Assembly (NCBI GenBank): GCA_902570675.1
Contig: CACFYZ010000001.1
Location: 96,409 to 160,408 of the forward strand
Origin: an uncultured Pelagibacteraceae bacterium
GTDB lineage: Bacteria > Pseudomonadota > Alphaproteobacteria > Pelagibacterales > AG-422-B15
DNA length: 64,000 bases
Reading direction: 5' to 3'
Shown here: positions 20,713 through 31,764 of the stretch, one piece after another
Numbering within the stretch: the stretch's first letter is position 1
How the letters are laid out: every line of letters begins with the position of its first letter
Position numbers and translations under genes: made by a program
The notes under the pieces: generated by a model
What the model saw: only the letters and a program-made list of their open reading frames with translations
Databases searched by the model: none
What the model was told of the DNA's origin: nothing

Positions 20713-21870
20713 ATGAAAAAGACATACCTTTTTACAAGTGAGTCAGTTTCTGAGGGCCACCCGGATAAGGTTTGTGATATTATTTCTGACTCGATAGTTG
20801 ATGATTTTCTCTCTCAAGAAAATCCTGAAAACTCAAGAGTTGCAATGGAAACACTTGTCACCACTAATAAAGTCGTGATGGCAGGAGAGGTCAGAGGACC
20901 TGATAACTATTTTTGTAATTATGAAGAACTTGCGAGAAATGCTGTGAAAGAAATAGGATATGAGCAAGAGGGCTTTCATTGGGAAAAATTTTCCTTTGAC
21001 TGTTCAGGCGTTCATAGCCAGTCAGCAGATATAGCGATGGGTGTAGATGCTTCAGGAAATAAGGATCAAGGTGCTGGAGACCAAGGTATTATGTTTGGTT
21101 ACGCATGTACAGAGACCCCGTCCTTAATGCCTGCTCCAATTTATTATTCTCATAAAGTTCTTGAACAAATGGCCTCAGACAGAAAATCAGGTAAAACTCC
21201 TGGCATTCAACCTGACTCAAAAAGTCAAGTAACATTAAAGTACAATGACGGCAAACCCGAATATTGTACGAAAATAGTTGTTTCAACTCAACACGATGAA
21301 AAATTAGATCAACAAGGTGTGAGCGAAATAATTGTCCCAATCATTAAAGAGGTTATACCTGAAGAATGGATGAATAGTGAAACAGAGATACTAATAAATC
21401 CAACTGGCAAGTTTGTGATTGGAGGCCCAGATGGTGACACTGGACTAACAGGTAGAAAAATAATTGTGGATACATACGGTGGTGCTGCTCCCCATGGTGG
21501 TGGTGCATTTTCAGGGAAAGATCCAACAAAAGTAGATAGATCAGCAGCATATATATCGAGGTATATTGCTAAAAATATTGTTGCTTCAAGACTCGCTGAA
21601 AAATGTACACTACAACTTGCCTACGCAATAGGGGTGTCGGATCCACTATCAATTTATATTGATACGCATGGGACTTCAAAAATGTCAGACGATGAACTAA
21701 TTAAAAAAATTTCGTCAAATGTCGACCTTACTCCTCGTGGTATAAGAGACCTGCTTAATCTTCATAAACCAATATACAAAAAAAGCGCTGCTTATGGTCA
21801 CTTTGGTAGAGAACCTGGAGATGATGGATCTTTTTCCTGGGAGAAAACTGATATGGCCGAAAATTTATAG
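20713..21870 (+). CDS. metK: S-adenosylmethionine synthase
   Basis: [16 protein letters not shown] and GAGDQG. The ATG at 20713 is preferred over the track's upstream start at 20677, which lies inside lnt. Confidence 0.95.
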   Translation: MKKTYLFTSESVSEGHPDKVCDIISDSIVDDFLSQENPENSRVAMETLVTTNKVVMAGEVRGPDNYFCNYEELARNAVKEIGYEQEGFHWEKFSFDCSGVHSQSADIAMGVDASGNKDQGAGDQGIMFGYACTETPSLMPAPIYYSHKVLEQMASDRKSGKTPGIQPDSKSQVTLKYNDGKPEYCTKIVVSTQHDEKLDQQGVSEIIVPIIKEVIPEEWMNSETEILINPTGKFVIGGPDGDTGLTGRKIIVDTYGGAAPHGGGAFSGKDPTKVDRSAAYISRYIAKNIVASRLAEKCTLQLAYAIGVSDPLSIYIDTHGTSKMSDDELIKKISSNVDLTPRGIRDLLNLHKPIYKKSAAYGHFGREPGDDGSFSWEKTDMAENL

Positions 21871-21876
21871 AATTTT

Positions 21877-22584
21877 TTGTTTACTCTAAAAGAAGAATTT
21901 CCTCAGTATTACAATTATCAAGGTAGAAGAATATCAAAAAAGTTGTCAAATACTAATATTAACTTATTAAATAACCATTATTACAAGTATACATTAGATA
22001 AGAAAATTATCGATTATCATAAAGTTAAGGACGAAAAAAAAAAAATTAATTTTAATAAAAGTAATTTTAGTCAAATAAATCTTGAAATTGGTTTTGGTGA
22101 TGGCGAATATTTGTTGAGAAGTGCATATTCAAAGCCAAAGGAACTATTTATTGGTGTTGATGTATATATAAATGGAATTGTAAAGGTTTTAAAAAAAATT
22201 TTAGAACACGGCATAGAAAACATAATGTTGAGTAATGTTAATTGCTTATTTTTTTTAGACTCTTTAGCATCTAAATCCATAGATAACTTAGTAATCATCA
22301 ACCCTGATCCCTGGACGAAAAAAAAACACCACAAGAGAAGGTTAATATCATTTCAAAATATTCAATTATTTAATCATGTCATAAAATATAAGCATTCAAT
22401 AAAAATTACTACTGACTCGCCTTCTTACGTTGAAGCAATACAGGAAATATTTAACGAAAAAAAAGAATTCCTAGATGAATTAAAATTTGAAATACTAAAT
22501 AAGAGCGATGATTTATATGGAATTTCTCGTTATCAGAGAAAAGCAATAGAAAAAGGGCAAAATATTTATCTATTAACGATATGA
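21877..22584 (+). CDS. trmB: tRNA (guanine46-N7)-methyltransferase
   Basis: SAM-binding LEIGFGDGE and DPWTKKKHHKRR motifs. TTG start is uncertain. Confidence 0.85.
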   Translation: MFTLKEEFPQYYNYQGRRISKKLSNTNINLLNNHYYKYTLDKKIIDYHKVKDEKKKINFNKSNFSQINLEIGFGDGEYLLRSAYSKPKELFIGVDVYINGIVKVLKKILEHGIENIMLSNVNCLFFLDSLASKSIDNLVIINPDPWTKKKHHKRRLISFQNIQLFNHVIKYKHSIKITTDSPSYVEAIQEIFNEKKEFLDELKFEILNKSDDLYGISRYQRKAIEKGQNIYLLTI

Positions 22585-22605
22585 AATAATTGTACTTTTC
22601 TCTAC

Positions 22606-22634
22606 TTGATTTATTGAATTTTGAAGTGTATAGA
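22606..22634 (+). promoter_or_regulatory. Candidate sigma70-type promoter: TTGATT, 17-nt spacer, TATAGA
   Basis: Hexamers and spacer read directly from the sequence. The -10 is preceded by TG. Such matches are common by chance in AT-rich DNA. Confidence 0.3.
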
Positions 22635-22660
22635 TCATTTAAATTTTTGCAAAATATGAC

Positions 22661-22688
22661 AAAAGTGGGCGTAGCCCACTTTTTTTTT
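22661..22688 (+). terminator. Intrinsic terminator hairpin (AAAAGTGGGC-gta-GCCCACTTTT) with a T-tract, between trmB and nusA
   Basis: GC-rich perfect stem with a 3-nt loop, followed by T8. It ends 16 nt before the nusA start. Confidence 0.75.
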
Positions 22689-22704
22689 ACTTACAAGGAA
22701 TGCT

Positions 22705-24240
22705 ATGGTCAGTGCCAATAAAATTGAAATTTTAAGAATTGCTGAGGCGGTTGCGCAGGAGAAAATGATTGATAAATCAATTGTTATTTCTGCATTAGAG
22801 GAAGCAATAGCAAAGGCAGCTAAGAGTAATTATGGCGAAGAGAATGAAGTAATTGTAGAAATTAATCAAGAAAATGGAGATATTTCAGTTTCAAGAAAAT
22901 TGCTTGTTGTCGATGAGGTAAAAAATAAATTCTTAGAAATAAATTTAAAAGCTGCAAAAAAAATCAATGGTGCTGCCGAACTAGGTGATGAATTGTTGGA
23001 TCCATTACCTCCTATGGATTTTGGTCGTATAGGTGCGCAGTCTGCAAAACAAGTAATTAATTCAAAAGTTAGAGAAGCAGAAAGAGAAAGGCAGTTCAAT
23101 GAATATAAAGATAGAGTAGGTGAAATTGTAAATGGAATTGTTAAAAGAATGGAGTTTGGAAATATAATTTTAGATTTAGGAAAATCTGAGGGTGTGATAA
23201 GAAAAGATCAGACTATTCCAAGAGAAAATTTAAGAAACGGAGATAGAGTAAGGGCGTATATATATGATGTGCGATCTGAATTAAAGGGACCACAAATATT
23301 CTTATCAAGATCTCATCCCCAATTCATGGCAAAACTATTTACGCAAGAGGTTCCAGAAATTTATGATGGCATTATATCAATTAAAAGTGTTGCGAGAGAT
23401 CCAGGTAGTAGAGCTAAAATTGCAGTATTTACAGAGGATGGTTCAATTGATCCAGTAGGTGCATGCGTAGGAATGAGAGGCAGTAGAGTTCAAGCTGTTG
23501 TTAATGAACTACAAGGTGAAAAAATTGATATAATTAACTGGTCAGAAAATGTTGCTAATTTAGCAATTTCATCTTTATCACCGGCTGAAGTTCTAAAGGT
23601 CGTACTGGATGAAGATCAGAATAAAATTGAAGTTGTAGTATCTGAGGAACACTTAAGTTTAGCAATAGGAAGACGAGGCCAAAACGTTAAACTTGCAACA
23701 GAGTTAACAGGGTATGAAATTGATATTCTTACAGAAGATGAGGAGTCATCTAAAAGACAAGAAGATTTCTCTAATAAAACAAATATATTTATTTCGTCTT
23801 TAGATGTAGATGAGACCTTAGCACAATTATTAGTTAGTGAGGGTTTTGGAAGTGTTGAGGAAGTGTTGGATGCTGAAGAAAGTGAACTTTTAGCCATCGA
23901 AGGCTTTGATGAAGAAATTGTTACAGAACTTGTTGATAGATCAAAAAAGTACCTAGCTGAGAAAGAGGAAGAGAATCAATCAAAAATTAATAACTTGCAT
24001 GTTTCCAAAGATCTAATTGATTTCGAATTATTGTCGAAATCAATGTTAGTTAAACTTGCTGAAAATAATATTAAGTCATTAGAAGATTTTGCAGGATTAA
24101 CAACTGATGATTTAATTGGTTATTTTGAAGACAAAAGTGATAAGTCTTCCAAGGTTGAAGGATTACTAGAAGAATTCAATCTTACTAAAGACGAAGGAGA
24201 CCAATTAATAATGGAGGCAAGAAAAATATGGCTTGAGTAG
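22705..24240 (+). CDS. nusA: Transcription termination/antitermination factor NusA
   Basis: S1 and KH domains (GACVGMRGSRVQAV) and a C-terminal acidic repeat region. nusA-infB synteny. Confidence 0.95.
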   Translation: MVSANKIEILRIAEAVAQEKMIDKSIVISALEEAIAKAAKSNYGEENEVIVEINQENGDISVSRKLLVVDEVKNKFLEINLKAAKKINGAAELGDELLDPLPPMDFGRIGAQSAKQVINSKVREAERERQFNEYKDRVGEIVNGIVKRMEFGNIILDLGKSEGVIRKDQTIPRENLRNGDRVRAYIYDVRSELKGPQIFLSRSHPQFMAKLFTQEVPEIYDGIISIKSVARDPGSRAKIAVFTEDGSIDPVGACVGMRGSRVQAVVNELQGEKIDIINWSENVANLAISSLSPAEVLKVVLDEDQNKIEVVVSEEHLSLAIGRRGQNVKLATELTGYEIDILTEDEESSKRQEDFSNKTNIFISSLDVDETLAQLLVSEGFGSVEEVLDAEESELLAIEGFDEEIVTELVDRSKKYLAEKEEENQSKINNLHVSKDLIDFELLSKSMLVKLAENNIKSLEDFAGLTTDDLIGYFEDKSDKSSKVEGLLEEFNLTKDEGDQLIMEARKIWLE

Positions 24241-24260
24241 TCATATAATAAAGCTTTATT

Positions 24261-26645
24261 ATGCCTGAAAAAAAAGATGAAAATAAAAAGAAAAAAACTT
24301 TAAGCCTGAAGCTTGGCGCAAAACCTAAACTATCTCCAAAAAAAAATATTGAAGCAGGAAAAACTGTTATAGTTGAAAAGAAACGATATAAAAGAAACCC
24401 TGTTCCTGAAGAATCAAGAGTTAATACATCCTTTAACAACGTCGAAGAAAAAAAATTACCTGAAACTAATAGTGAATCTATAAAAAGTAGATCAGGAGTG
24501 GTTCTAAAACCTTTATCAAAAGATGAACAAAAAAAGATTTTACAAGCTGGTAATAAAAAAGATGCTATTAACAAAATTAGACTCGGAAATGAAACTAAGA
24601 ATATAAAAAATCAAATTGAAAAAAATGAAGAAATAATAATAGAAAAACCTGCTGCAAATCTGGATTTTAAAAAAGAGACAGAAAGGAAAAAGACTTCTTT
24701 AGAGAATTTAAATGATTACAAGGATCAAAAAAGGCCTCAAAACACATTTGGAAGAAAAAAAATAAGAGAGAGAAAAGTTACGATAGTCACCGCCTTAAGT
24801 GATGCCGACGAAAGGACAAGAAGTTTAGCTGCATACAAAAGAGCTAAACAAAAAACTAAAAAAAATCAAAGTGAACTAGAACCAGCAAAAAAAATTATTA
24901 GGGATGTTTATATTCCAGAGCATATAACAGTAAAAGAACTTGCAAATAGGATGACTGAAAAGTCTGGTGATTTAATCAAATCTCTCATGAAAATGGGAAT
25001 GATGGCAACTATAAATGAGTCTATAGATGCAGACACAGCTGAGATCCTAGTTACTGAATTTGGACATAATTTCAAAAGAGAGAATATTGAGGATCTTGAA
25101 AAAGGCTTGATTTCTCTTGATAAAGAGGCAGTTAAAAAAGATGCTCGCTCGCCAATTGTCACAATTATGGGTCATGTAGATCATGGAAAAACTTCCCTTT
25201 TAGATAAAATCAGAAATTCAAATGTAGTTTCAGGTGAAAGTGGAGGTATTACCCAACACATAGGAGCTTATGAAGTTAAGCACAAAAAAAATAAGATTAC
25301 ATTCATTGATACTCCAGGCCATGCTGCATTTACGGATATGCGTGCAAGGGGTGCAAATGTGACCGATATCGTTATTTTGATTATTGCTGCAGATGATGGT
25401 GTCATGCCGCAAACAAAAGAAGCAATTTCACATGCGAAATCAGCTAAGGTACCAATAATTGTCGCTATCAATAAGTGTGACAAACCTGAGGCTGATCCTC
25501 AAAAAATAAAAGAGCAGTTACTATCAGAAGAGATAATAGTCGAAGACTTGTCAGGTGAAATCCAATGTATTGAAGTATCAGCTGAGACAGGCAAAAATCT
25601 GGATAAGCTATTAGATTCTATAGTCCTTCAATCTGAACTAGCTGAACTTAAAACTAACAATACAACATATGCAGAAGCAACTGTAGTGGAAGCAAACGTC
25701 GACAAAGGCAGAGGGCCAGTTTGTAATATTATTATAACAAATGGTAAACTAAATGTTGGGGATATCGCCGTTGCAGGCAGTGAGTACGGTAAAGTAAGAG
25801 CGATTCTAAATGATAAAGGGGAAAATTTAAAAGAAGCGGTATCATCAATGCCTGTACAAGTACTTGGCCTCAATAATCCTCCTGATGCAGGTGATAGCTT
25901 TGTTACTGTGGAAAGTGATGAAAAAGCAAGAGAATTGTGTGATTTAAGAAGTCGGGCAAAAAAAAATAATTCATCACCAAAAAAAATCATAAATTTAGAT
26001 GGTGAAGCTACTTTTGGTGCATTAGACAAAAAGGAGATCTTAGAGGTAGTTGTGAAGTCAGACACGCGAGGTTCCTCTGAGGCAATCGTATATCAAATTG
26101 AAAGTATCAAAAGCGAAAAAATAACTATTAAGGTTATTCATTCTGGCGTAGGTTTTATCAATGAAAGTGATGTTGCTCTTGCTGCGGCATCAAATGCCCT
26201 ACTTTTATCTTTCAATTCTGCAGCTACGAAGGAAGCTAAATTAAAAGCTAAAATTAATAATTTAGATATAAAAGACTTTAATATTATTTATGAATTGATT
26301 GAGTATGTCTCAGATTTTGCAAGCGGTAAGTTAAAACCAACTATAAAAGAGAGCTTCATTGGGAAAGCTGAAGTTTTACAAATATTTAAAGTTTCAAAAA
26401 TTGGAGCAATAGCAGGCTGTAGAGTTATTGAGGGAACTATTGAAAAAAATGCCAAAGTTAGAGTCATGCGAAATGAAGAGGAAGTATTTGATGGGGATAT
26501 TCTCAGTTTAAAAAGAGAGAAAAATGAAACAAATGAGGTAAAATCAGGAACCGAGTGTGGTATTAGTATAAAGGAATTCAGTGATTTTAAAGTCGGAGAC
26601 TTTATTGAAGTATTTAGTACAGAGGAAGTTGCACAATCATTGTGA
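24261..26645 (+). CDS. infB: Translation initiation factor IF-2
   Basis: Lys-rich N-terminus. G domain motifs [17 protein letters not shown] and NKCD. Confidence 0.97.
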   Translation: MPEKKDENKKKKTLSLKLGAKPKLSPKKNIEAGKTVIVEKKRYKRNPVPEESRVNTSFNNVEEKKLPETNSESIKSRSGVVLKPLSKDEQKKILQAGNKKDAINKIRLGNETKNIKNQIEKNEEIIIEKPAANLDFKKETERKKTSLENLNDYKDQKRPQNTFGRKKIRERKVTIVTALSDADERTRSLAAYKRAKQKTKKNQSELEPAKKIIRDVYIPEHITVKELANRMTEKSGDLIKSLMKMGMMATINESIDADTAEILVTEFGHNFKRENIEDLEKGLISLDKEAVKKDARSPIVTIMGHVDHGKTSLLDKIRNSNVVSGESGGITQHIGAYEVKHKKNKITFIDTPGHAAFTDMRARGANVTDIVILIIAADDGVMPQTKEAISHAKSAKVPIIVAINKCDKPEADPQKIKEQLLSEEIIVEDLSGEIQCIEVSAETGKNLDKLLDSIVLQSELAELKTNNTTYAEATVVEANVDKGRGPVCNIIITNGKLNVGDIAVAGSEYGKVRAILNDKGENLKEAVSSMPVQVLGLNNPPDAGDSFVTVESDEKARELCDLRSRAKKNNSSPKKIINLDGEATFGALDKKEILEVVVKSDTRGSSEAIVYQIESIKSEKITIKVIHSGVGFINESDVALAAASNALLLSFNSAATKEAKLKAKINNLDIKDFNIIYELIEYVSDFASGKLKPTIKESFIGKAEVLQIFKVSKIGAIAGCRVIEGTIEKNAKVRVMRNEEEVFDGDILSLKREKNETNEVKSGTECGISIKEFSDFKVGDFIEVFSTEEVAQSL

Positions 26646-27031
26646 TATTAAAAAGGCAGAAGGAAAAGTCAAATAGATCATTAAAAGTTTCCGAAACTAT
26701 TAGAAAGGCAGTAAGCGCTGTCTTGGTAAGGAATGAGCTTCCTGTGGACTCTCCATTCATATTTCCATTGAGTGTTATTAAAGTCGAAATGAACACTGAT
26801 TTAAAAATAGCCTATATATATGTAACAACACATGAGAAAATTGAAAAAAAAGAAATTTTAATTAAGTTAGAGGAATGCAAAAAATATATTGCGAATGAAG
26901 TTGTAAAACTTATTGATCTTAAATTTTCTCCAAAATTAATTTTTCGCAATGATGTAACAATTGATCAAGTCAACAGAATTGATCAAATTTTAAACTCTGA
27001 AAAGGTATTGCTTGATACTCAAAAAAAATGA
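26642..27031 (+). CDS. rbfA: Ribosome-binding factor A
   Basis: About 129 aa with the N-terminal R...VSETIRKAVS pattern. Its position between infB and truB is conserved. GTGA overlap with infB. Confidence 0.88.
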   Translation: MILKRQKEKSNRSLKVSETIRKAVSAVLVRNELPVDSPFIFPLSVIKVEMNTDLKIAYIYVTTHEKIEKKEILIKLEECKKYIANEVVKLIDLKFSPKLIFRNDVTIDQVNRIDQILNSEKVLLDTQKK

Positions 27032-27906
27032 TTATGAATGGATGGGTATTTATAGACAAACCAAATGGCATAACCTCATTCCAGGTTGTTAATCAAATAA
27101 AAAAAGCCTTGGGCGTAAAAAAAATTGGTCATTCAGGAACATTAGATCCCTTCGCAACGGGTGTTTTAGCAATTGCTATTGGAGAGGCAACAAAAACTAT
27201 TGAATTTTTCAACAAAAGTAAAACATACGAATTTTTGGTAAGCTTTGGAAAATTAAAAGATACAGATGATATAACTGGCAAAACTATTCGAGTTTCCAAG
27301 AATATTCCCACAAAAAAAGATATTGGTAGATGTTTAATTAATTTTTTATCTAACTATAAACAAGTACCACCAAATTATTCTGCGGTTAAAGTAGACGGAG
27401 TTCGTGCTTATAAACTTGCCAGAATGAAAAAACAATTTTCTCTTAAAGCTAAAAAAGTTCAAATCTCAAATATGAATTTTTCTGAAACAAATAAAAATAA
27501 CGAATTTAAATTTATTGTCGATTGTTCAACAGGTACCTATATTCGCTCAATAGCAAGAGATCTTGGAGCAATGCTAGATACTTACGCGTATGTCAAAGAG
27601 TTAAGAAGAACAAAAATTGGCTCAATCTCTGAAAAAGATATTATTTTACTAGATAAATTTCTAGAATTAGTACATATTGGCGATCATTTTGAAGTGATTA
27701 ACTCTATCCGAAAAGTACTGGACGACATCCCAGCAGTATTAATGGACAATGAGTTAAGTCGAAGTTTTCAAAATGGTTTAGGCTTTAATTACTTTGATAA
27801 TGATTTGTCAATAAATGAACTCCTTTTCGAGGACAAAAATAAATTGCTTGGAATTGGTTCAGTAGAAGAAGGTAAAGTAAAGCCGAAAAAAGTTTTTAAT
27901 TTGTAA
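27028..27906 (+). CDS. truB: tRNA pseudouridine55 synthase
   Basis: GHSGTLDPFATGVL catalytic motif. ATGA overlap with rbfA. Confidence 0.93.
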   Translation: MIMNGWVFIDKPNGITSFQVVNQIKKALGVKKIGHSGTLDPFATGVLAIAIGEATKTIEFFNKSKTYEFLVSFGKLKDTDDITGKTIRVSKNIPTKKDIGRCLINFLSNYKQVPPNYSAVKVDGVRAYKLARMKKQFSLKAKKVQISNMNFSETNKNNEFKFIVDCSTGTYIRSIARDLGAMLDTYAYVKELRRTKIGSISEKDIILLDKFLELVHIGDHFEVINSIRKVLDDIPAVLMDNELSRSFQNGLGFNYFDNDLSINELLFEDKNKLLGIGSVEEGKVKPKKVFNL

Positions 27907-27921
27907 CTATAAGGAATAGAG

Positions 27922-28191
27922 ATGTCGATTAAAAAAGAAAGTAAAACTAAACTAATAGATGAATATGCCAGATCTGAAAAAGATACTGGTTCTCCAGAGG
28001 TTCAAATTGCTATTCTTACTGAAAGAATAACAAATCTGACTGGACATTTTCAATCACACAAAAAAGATAATCATTCTCGAACTGGTTTAATGAGACTTAT
28101 TAATCAGAGACGAAGTTTGTTAGCGTATTTAAAAAAGAGCAACAAAGACTCTTATGAAAAGTTAATAGATAAGCTGGGAATTAGAAAATAA
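27922..28191 (+). CDS. rpsO: 30S ribosomal protein S15
   Basis: 89 aa with [16 protein letters not shown]...HLKxHKKDxHSRxGL-type sequence. Confidence 0.96.
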   Translation: MSIKKESKTKLIDEYARSEKDTGSPEVQIAILTERITNLTGHFQSHKKDNHSRTGLMRLINQRRSLLAYLKKSNKDSYEKLIDKLGIRK

Positions 28192-28227
28192 TAATGAATA
28201 ACAAAAATTTAAAAGGAATATACGAAT

Positions 28228-30297
28228 ATGAAAAAAGAAATTTCGAGAGAAATGAATTGGGGAAACCAAGTTTTAAAAATAGAGACTGGAAAAATTGCAA
28301 AACAGGCCACAGCCTCAACAATTGTTAGCTACGGAGATACAGTTGTCATGGCTAATGTTGTGGCGGCAAAGGAACCAAAACCAGATTTGGATTTTTTTCC
28401 ATTAACAGTTAGCTATCAAGAAAAATTTTATGCAGCTGGTAAAATTCCAGGTGGTTTTTTTAAAAGAGAAGGACGACCCACTGAATTTGAAACACTTACC
28501 TCAAGATTAATTGATAGACCAATTAGACCATTATTTCCAGAAGGTTTTAAAAATGAAACGCAAGTTATATTGACAGTATTGTCTCACGATGGTGAAACTA
28601 ATCCAGATGTAGTTGCCATGGTTGCTGCATCAAGTGCTTTAACATTATCTGGGATCCCTTTTATGGGCCCAATTGGAGGATGCCGAGTTGGATATGATGG
28701 TAAAAATTATACACTTAACCCCAAAATCAATGAATCAACTGAATTAGACTTAGTTATTGCAGGTACGGGTGAAGCAGTCTTGATGGTAGAGTCTGAAGCT
28801 AATCAACTATCTGAGGATATAATGTTAGGAGCAGTAAAATTTGGTCACGAATCAATACAAGAGGTAATAAAAACAATTATTAATTTAGCAGAAGAATGTG
28901 CAAATGATCCTTGGGAATTTGAATACTCCATAAATGATACACTTTTTAAAGAGATCAAAGACAGTTGTGAGAGTGATATTAAAAACAGCTATTCAATTGT
29001 TGATAAGATGGAAAGACATCAATCTATAAATCAGATAAAAAACAGCTTAGAGGAAAAATATAAAGATAACGAAGATTGTAACCTAATAGAAGTGATGGGT
29101 TATTTTAAAAAAATCGAGAAAGATGTGGTCAGATCACAGATATTAAATAATAAAACTAGAATTGATGGTCGTAATCTCGATGAAGTTAGAGATATTAGTT
29201 CGGAAGTTTCATGGTTACCGAGAACTCACGGTTCCGCACTTTTCACAAGAGGTGAAACGCAAGCAATTGTAGTCGCTACCCTTGGCTTTGGGGAAGACGA
29301 ACAAAGAATAGAAGCCCTTCAAGGGTCTTATAAAGAGAATTTTATGCTTCATTATAATTTTCCACCATACTCTGTTGGAGAAGTTGGTAGAATGGGCTCT
29401 GCTGGAAGACGAGAAATTGGACATGGCAAGCTTGCATGGCGTGCTCTAAAATCTGTGTTACCTAATAAAGAAGAATTTGATTATACAATAAGACTTGTAT
29501 CTGACATTACTGAGTCCAACGGGTCTTCATCAATGGCCACTGTATGTGGTTCATCTCTTGCATTAATGGATGCAGGTGTGCCAATAAAGAATTCTGTTTC
29601 TGGTATTGCTATGGGACTAATCAAAGAAGGTGATCAATATGCAGTTTTATCTGATATTCTTGGAGATGAAGATCATTTAGGTGATATGGACTTTAAGGTA
29701 GCTGGAACTAAAGAGGGAGTCACATCTTTACAAATGGATATTAAAATTACAGGTATTACATTTGAAATAATGGAAAAAGCACTTGAGCAAGCTAAAGGCG
29801 GTAGAAATCATATATTAAGTGAAATGGATAAAGCGTTATCTAGTCCTAGAACAGAGCTTGGTCCCTACACTCCAAGAATAGAAATGATCAAAGTGAAAAG
29901 AGACAACATTGGCGAAATTATTGGTAAAGGTGGAGCAACTATAAAAGATATAATTGAAAAATCCGGTGCAAAGATTGATATAAGTGATAATGGAAATGTT
30001 AAAATTGCAGGAACAAGCAACGAGTCTATTCAATCAGCAATTGAATTGATTAACTCTATCATTGAAGAACCAGAAGTTGGTCGGGTATATGAGGGTAAAG
30101 TTGTTAAAGTCATGGATTTTGGTGCATTTGTTAATTTTTTCGGTAAGCGTGACGGGTTGGTTCATATTTCTCAGCTTTCAGATGAAAGAGTTGAGAAAGT
30201 TACTGACGTAATTAATGAGGGTGATATAGTAAAAGTCAAAGTCATTGGCTTTGATAAAGGCAAAGTAAAACTATCGATAAAGGATGCCGAAAATTAA
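28228..30297 (+). CDS. pnp: Polyribonucleotide nucleotidyltransferase (PNPase)
   Basis: Two RNase PH-like domains, a KH domain ([11 protein letters not shown]) and an S1 domain (FGAFVNF). rpsO-pnp synteny. Confidence 0.97.
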   Translation: MKKEISREMNWGNQVLKIETGKIAKQATASTIVSYGDTVVMANVVAAKEPKPDLDFFPLTVSYQEKFYAAGKIPGGFFKREGRPTEFETLTSRLIDRPIRPLFPEGFKNETQVILTVLSHDGETNPDVVAMVAASSALTLSGIPFMGPIGGCRVGYDGKNYTLNPKINESTELDLVIAGTGEAVLMVESEANQLSEDIMLGAVKFGHESIQEVIKTIINLAEECANDPWEFEYSINDTLFKEIKDSCESDIKNSYSIVDKMERHQSINQIKNSLEEKYKDNEDCNLIEVMGYFKKIEKDVVRSQILNNKTRIDGRNLDEVRDISSEVSWLPRTHGSALFTRGETQAIVVATLGFGEDEQRIEALQGSYKENFMLHYNFPPYSVGEVGRMGSAGRREIGHGKLAWRALKSVLPNKEEFDYTIRLVSDITESNGSSSMATVCGSSLALMDAGVPIKNSVSGIAMGLIKEGDQYAVLSDILGDEDHLGDMDFKVAGTKEGVTSLQMDIKITGITFEIMEKALEQAKGGRNHILSEMDKALSSPRTELGPYTPRIEMIKVKRDNIGEIIGKGGATIKDIIEKSGAKIDISDNGNVKIAGTSNESIQSAIELINSIIEEPEVGRVYEGKVVKVMDFGAFVNFFGKRDGLVHISQLSDERVEKVTDVINEGDIVKVKVIGFDKGKVKLSIKDAEN

Positions 30298-30312
30298 TTT
30301 TCTAGATACATA

Positions 30313-31764
30313 ATGCAATACACGGTTTCTTCAGAAGATAAACTTCATGAAGAATGTGGTGTATTTGGGGTATTTGGAAGTCCAGATGCCTCTACACTGA
30401 CTGCATTAGGTTTGCATGCATTACAACACAGAGGTCAAGAAGGCGCAGGTATAGTTTCATTTGATGGCGAAAAATTTCATGGTGTAAGAAGACCAGGATT
30501 AGTTGGTGATCATTTTAATAAGCAAAAAGTTATAGAACGACTAGAAGGCAGTAATGCAATTGGTCATGTGAGATATTCAACAACAGGCGACACAATATTA
30601 AAAAATATACAACCACTTTATGCCGATTTATCTACAGGTGGCTTTGCTTGTGCGCATAATGGAAATTTAACTAATGCTTCTATTTTGCGAGATCATTTAG
30701 TAAGTGAGGGGGCAATTTTTCAATCAACTTCAGACACTGAAACCATTCTGCAACTAGTTGCAAGGTCTTCAAGAAAACAAACCGTAGATAAACTCATTGA
30801 TGCTCTATTCAAGATACAAGGAGCGTATTCTCTAGTGATTCTCACTAATAAAAAATTAATTGGAGTTAGAGATCCTTTGGGAATAAGACCGTTAGTTCTA
30901 GGTGACCTTAACGGTGCTCCTGTATTAGCTTCAGAAACCTGCGCATTTGATATCATTGGTGCAAAATACATAAGAAATATAGAAAATGGTGAAATAATTA
31001 TTATTTCTGAAAGTGGTATTGAAAGTATTAAACCTTTTCCAAAAGTAAACGAAAGACCATGTATTTTTGAAAGAATATATTTTGCAAGACCAGATAGTAT
31101 TGTTGATGGAAAGACAGTTTATACATACAGAAAAAATTTAGGTGAACAACTAGCAAAAGAAAATCCAATTGATGTTGATGTCGTAATTCCTGTTCCTGAC
31201 TCAGGCGTACCAGCAGCTTTAGGATATTCACAAGCATCAAAAATTCCATTTGAGTTAGGAATTATAAGAAATCATTATGTAGGAAGAACATTTATTGAAC
31301 CGACACAAAGTATTAGACAATTTGGAGTAAAACTAAAGCATAATGCAAATTTATCATTTATTAAGGGAAAGAAAGTTCTTCTTATAGATGACTCAATTGT
31401 ACGTGGAACAACTGCAAAAAAAATAATTAAAATGATATTTGATGCAGGCGCTAAAGAAGTTCATCTTGGTATTGCGTGCCCACCAATTACTCACCCCGAT
31501 TTTTACGGAATTGACACGCCAGATTATAATGAATTAATAGCCTCCAAGATGACTGTAGATGAGATTAATCAAACAATTGGATGTAATACTTTATTTTTTT
31601 TATCACTAAATGGAACCTATAAAGCTATGGGTCATAATGAAAGAGATGACAAAAATCCTCAATTTACAGATCATTGTTTTACTGGTGACTATCCAACAGG
31701 TCTTTTAGATCGAGAACAGGGAAGTGTCTCAAAGCAGTTTTCTCTTCTATCAGAAAAAAATTAA
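30313..31764 (+). CDS. purF: Amidophosphoribosyltransferase
   Basis: N-terminal nucleophile HEECGVFGVFG. PRTase motif VLLIDDSIVRGTT. Confidence 0.95.
   Translation: MQYTVSSEDKLHEECGVFGVFGSPDASTLTALGLHALQHRGQEGAGIVSFDGEKFHGVRRPGLVGDHFNKQKVIERLEGSNAIGHVRYSTTGDTILKNIQPLYADLSTGGFACAHNGNLTNASILRDHLVSEGAIFQSTSDTETILQLVARSSRKQTVDKLIDALFKIQGAYSLVILTNKKLIGVRDPLGIRPLVLGDLNGAPVLASETCAFDIIGAKYIRNIENGEIIIISESGIESIKPFPKVNERPCIFERIYFARPDSIVDGKTVYTYRKNLGEQLAKENPIDVDVVIPVPDSGVPAALGYSQASKIPFELGIIRNHYVGRTFIEPTQSIRQFGVKLKHNANLSFIKGKKVLLIDDSIVRGTTAKKIIKMIFDAGAKEVHLGIACPPITHPDFYGIDTPDYNELIASKMTVDEINQTIGCNTLFFLSLNGTYKAMGHNERDDKNPQFTDHCFTGDYPTGLLDREQGSVSKQFSLLSEKN

Noticed and set aside
24261-24900. Repetitive-looking Lys/Glu/Asn-rich region that might be taken for a tandem repeat or mobile remnant
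   Set aside because: It is the normal low-complexity N-terminal domain of IF-2, in frame with the G domain.
24185-26065. Antisense ORFs over the nusA/infB region (24185..24574, 24908..25162, 25230..25412, 25268..25483 and 25628..26065, the last of 145 aa)
   Set aside because: They lie entirely opposite strongly conserved genes. Their low-complexity Ser/Phe/Leu-rich translations are typical of the reverse frame of Lys/Glu-rich AT-rich coding DNA. They have no recognisable motifs.
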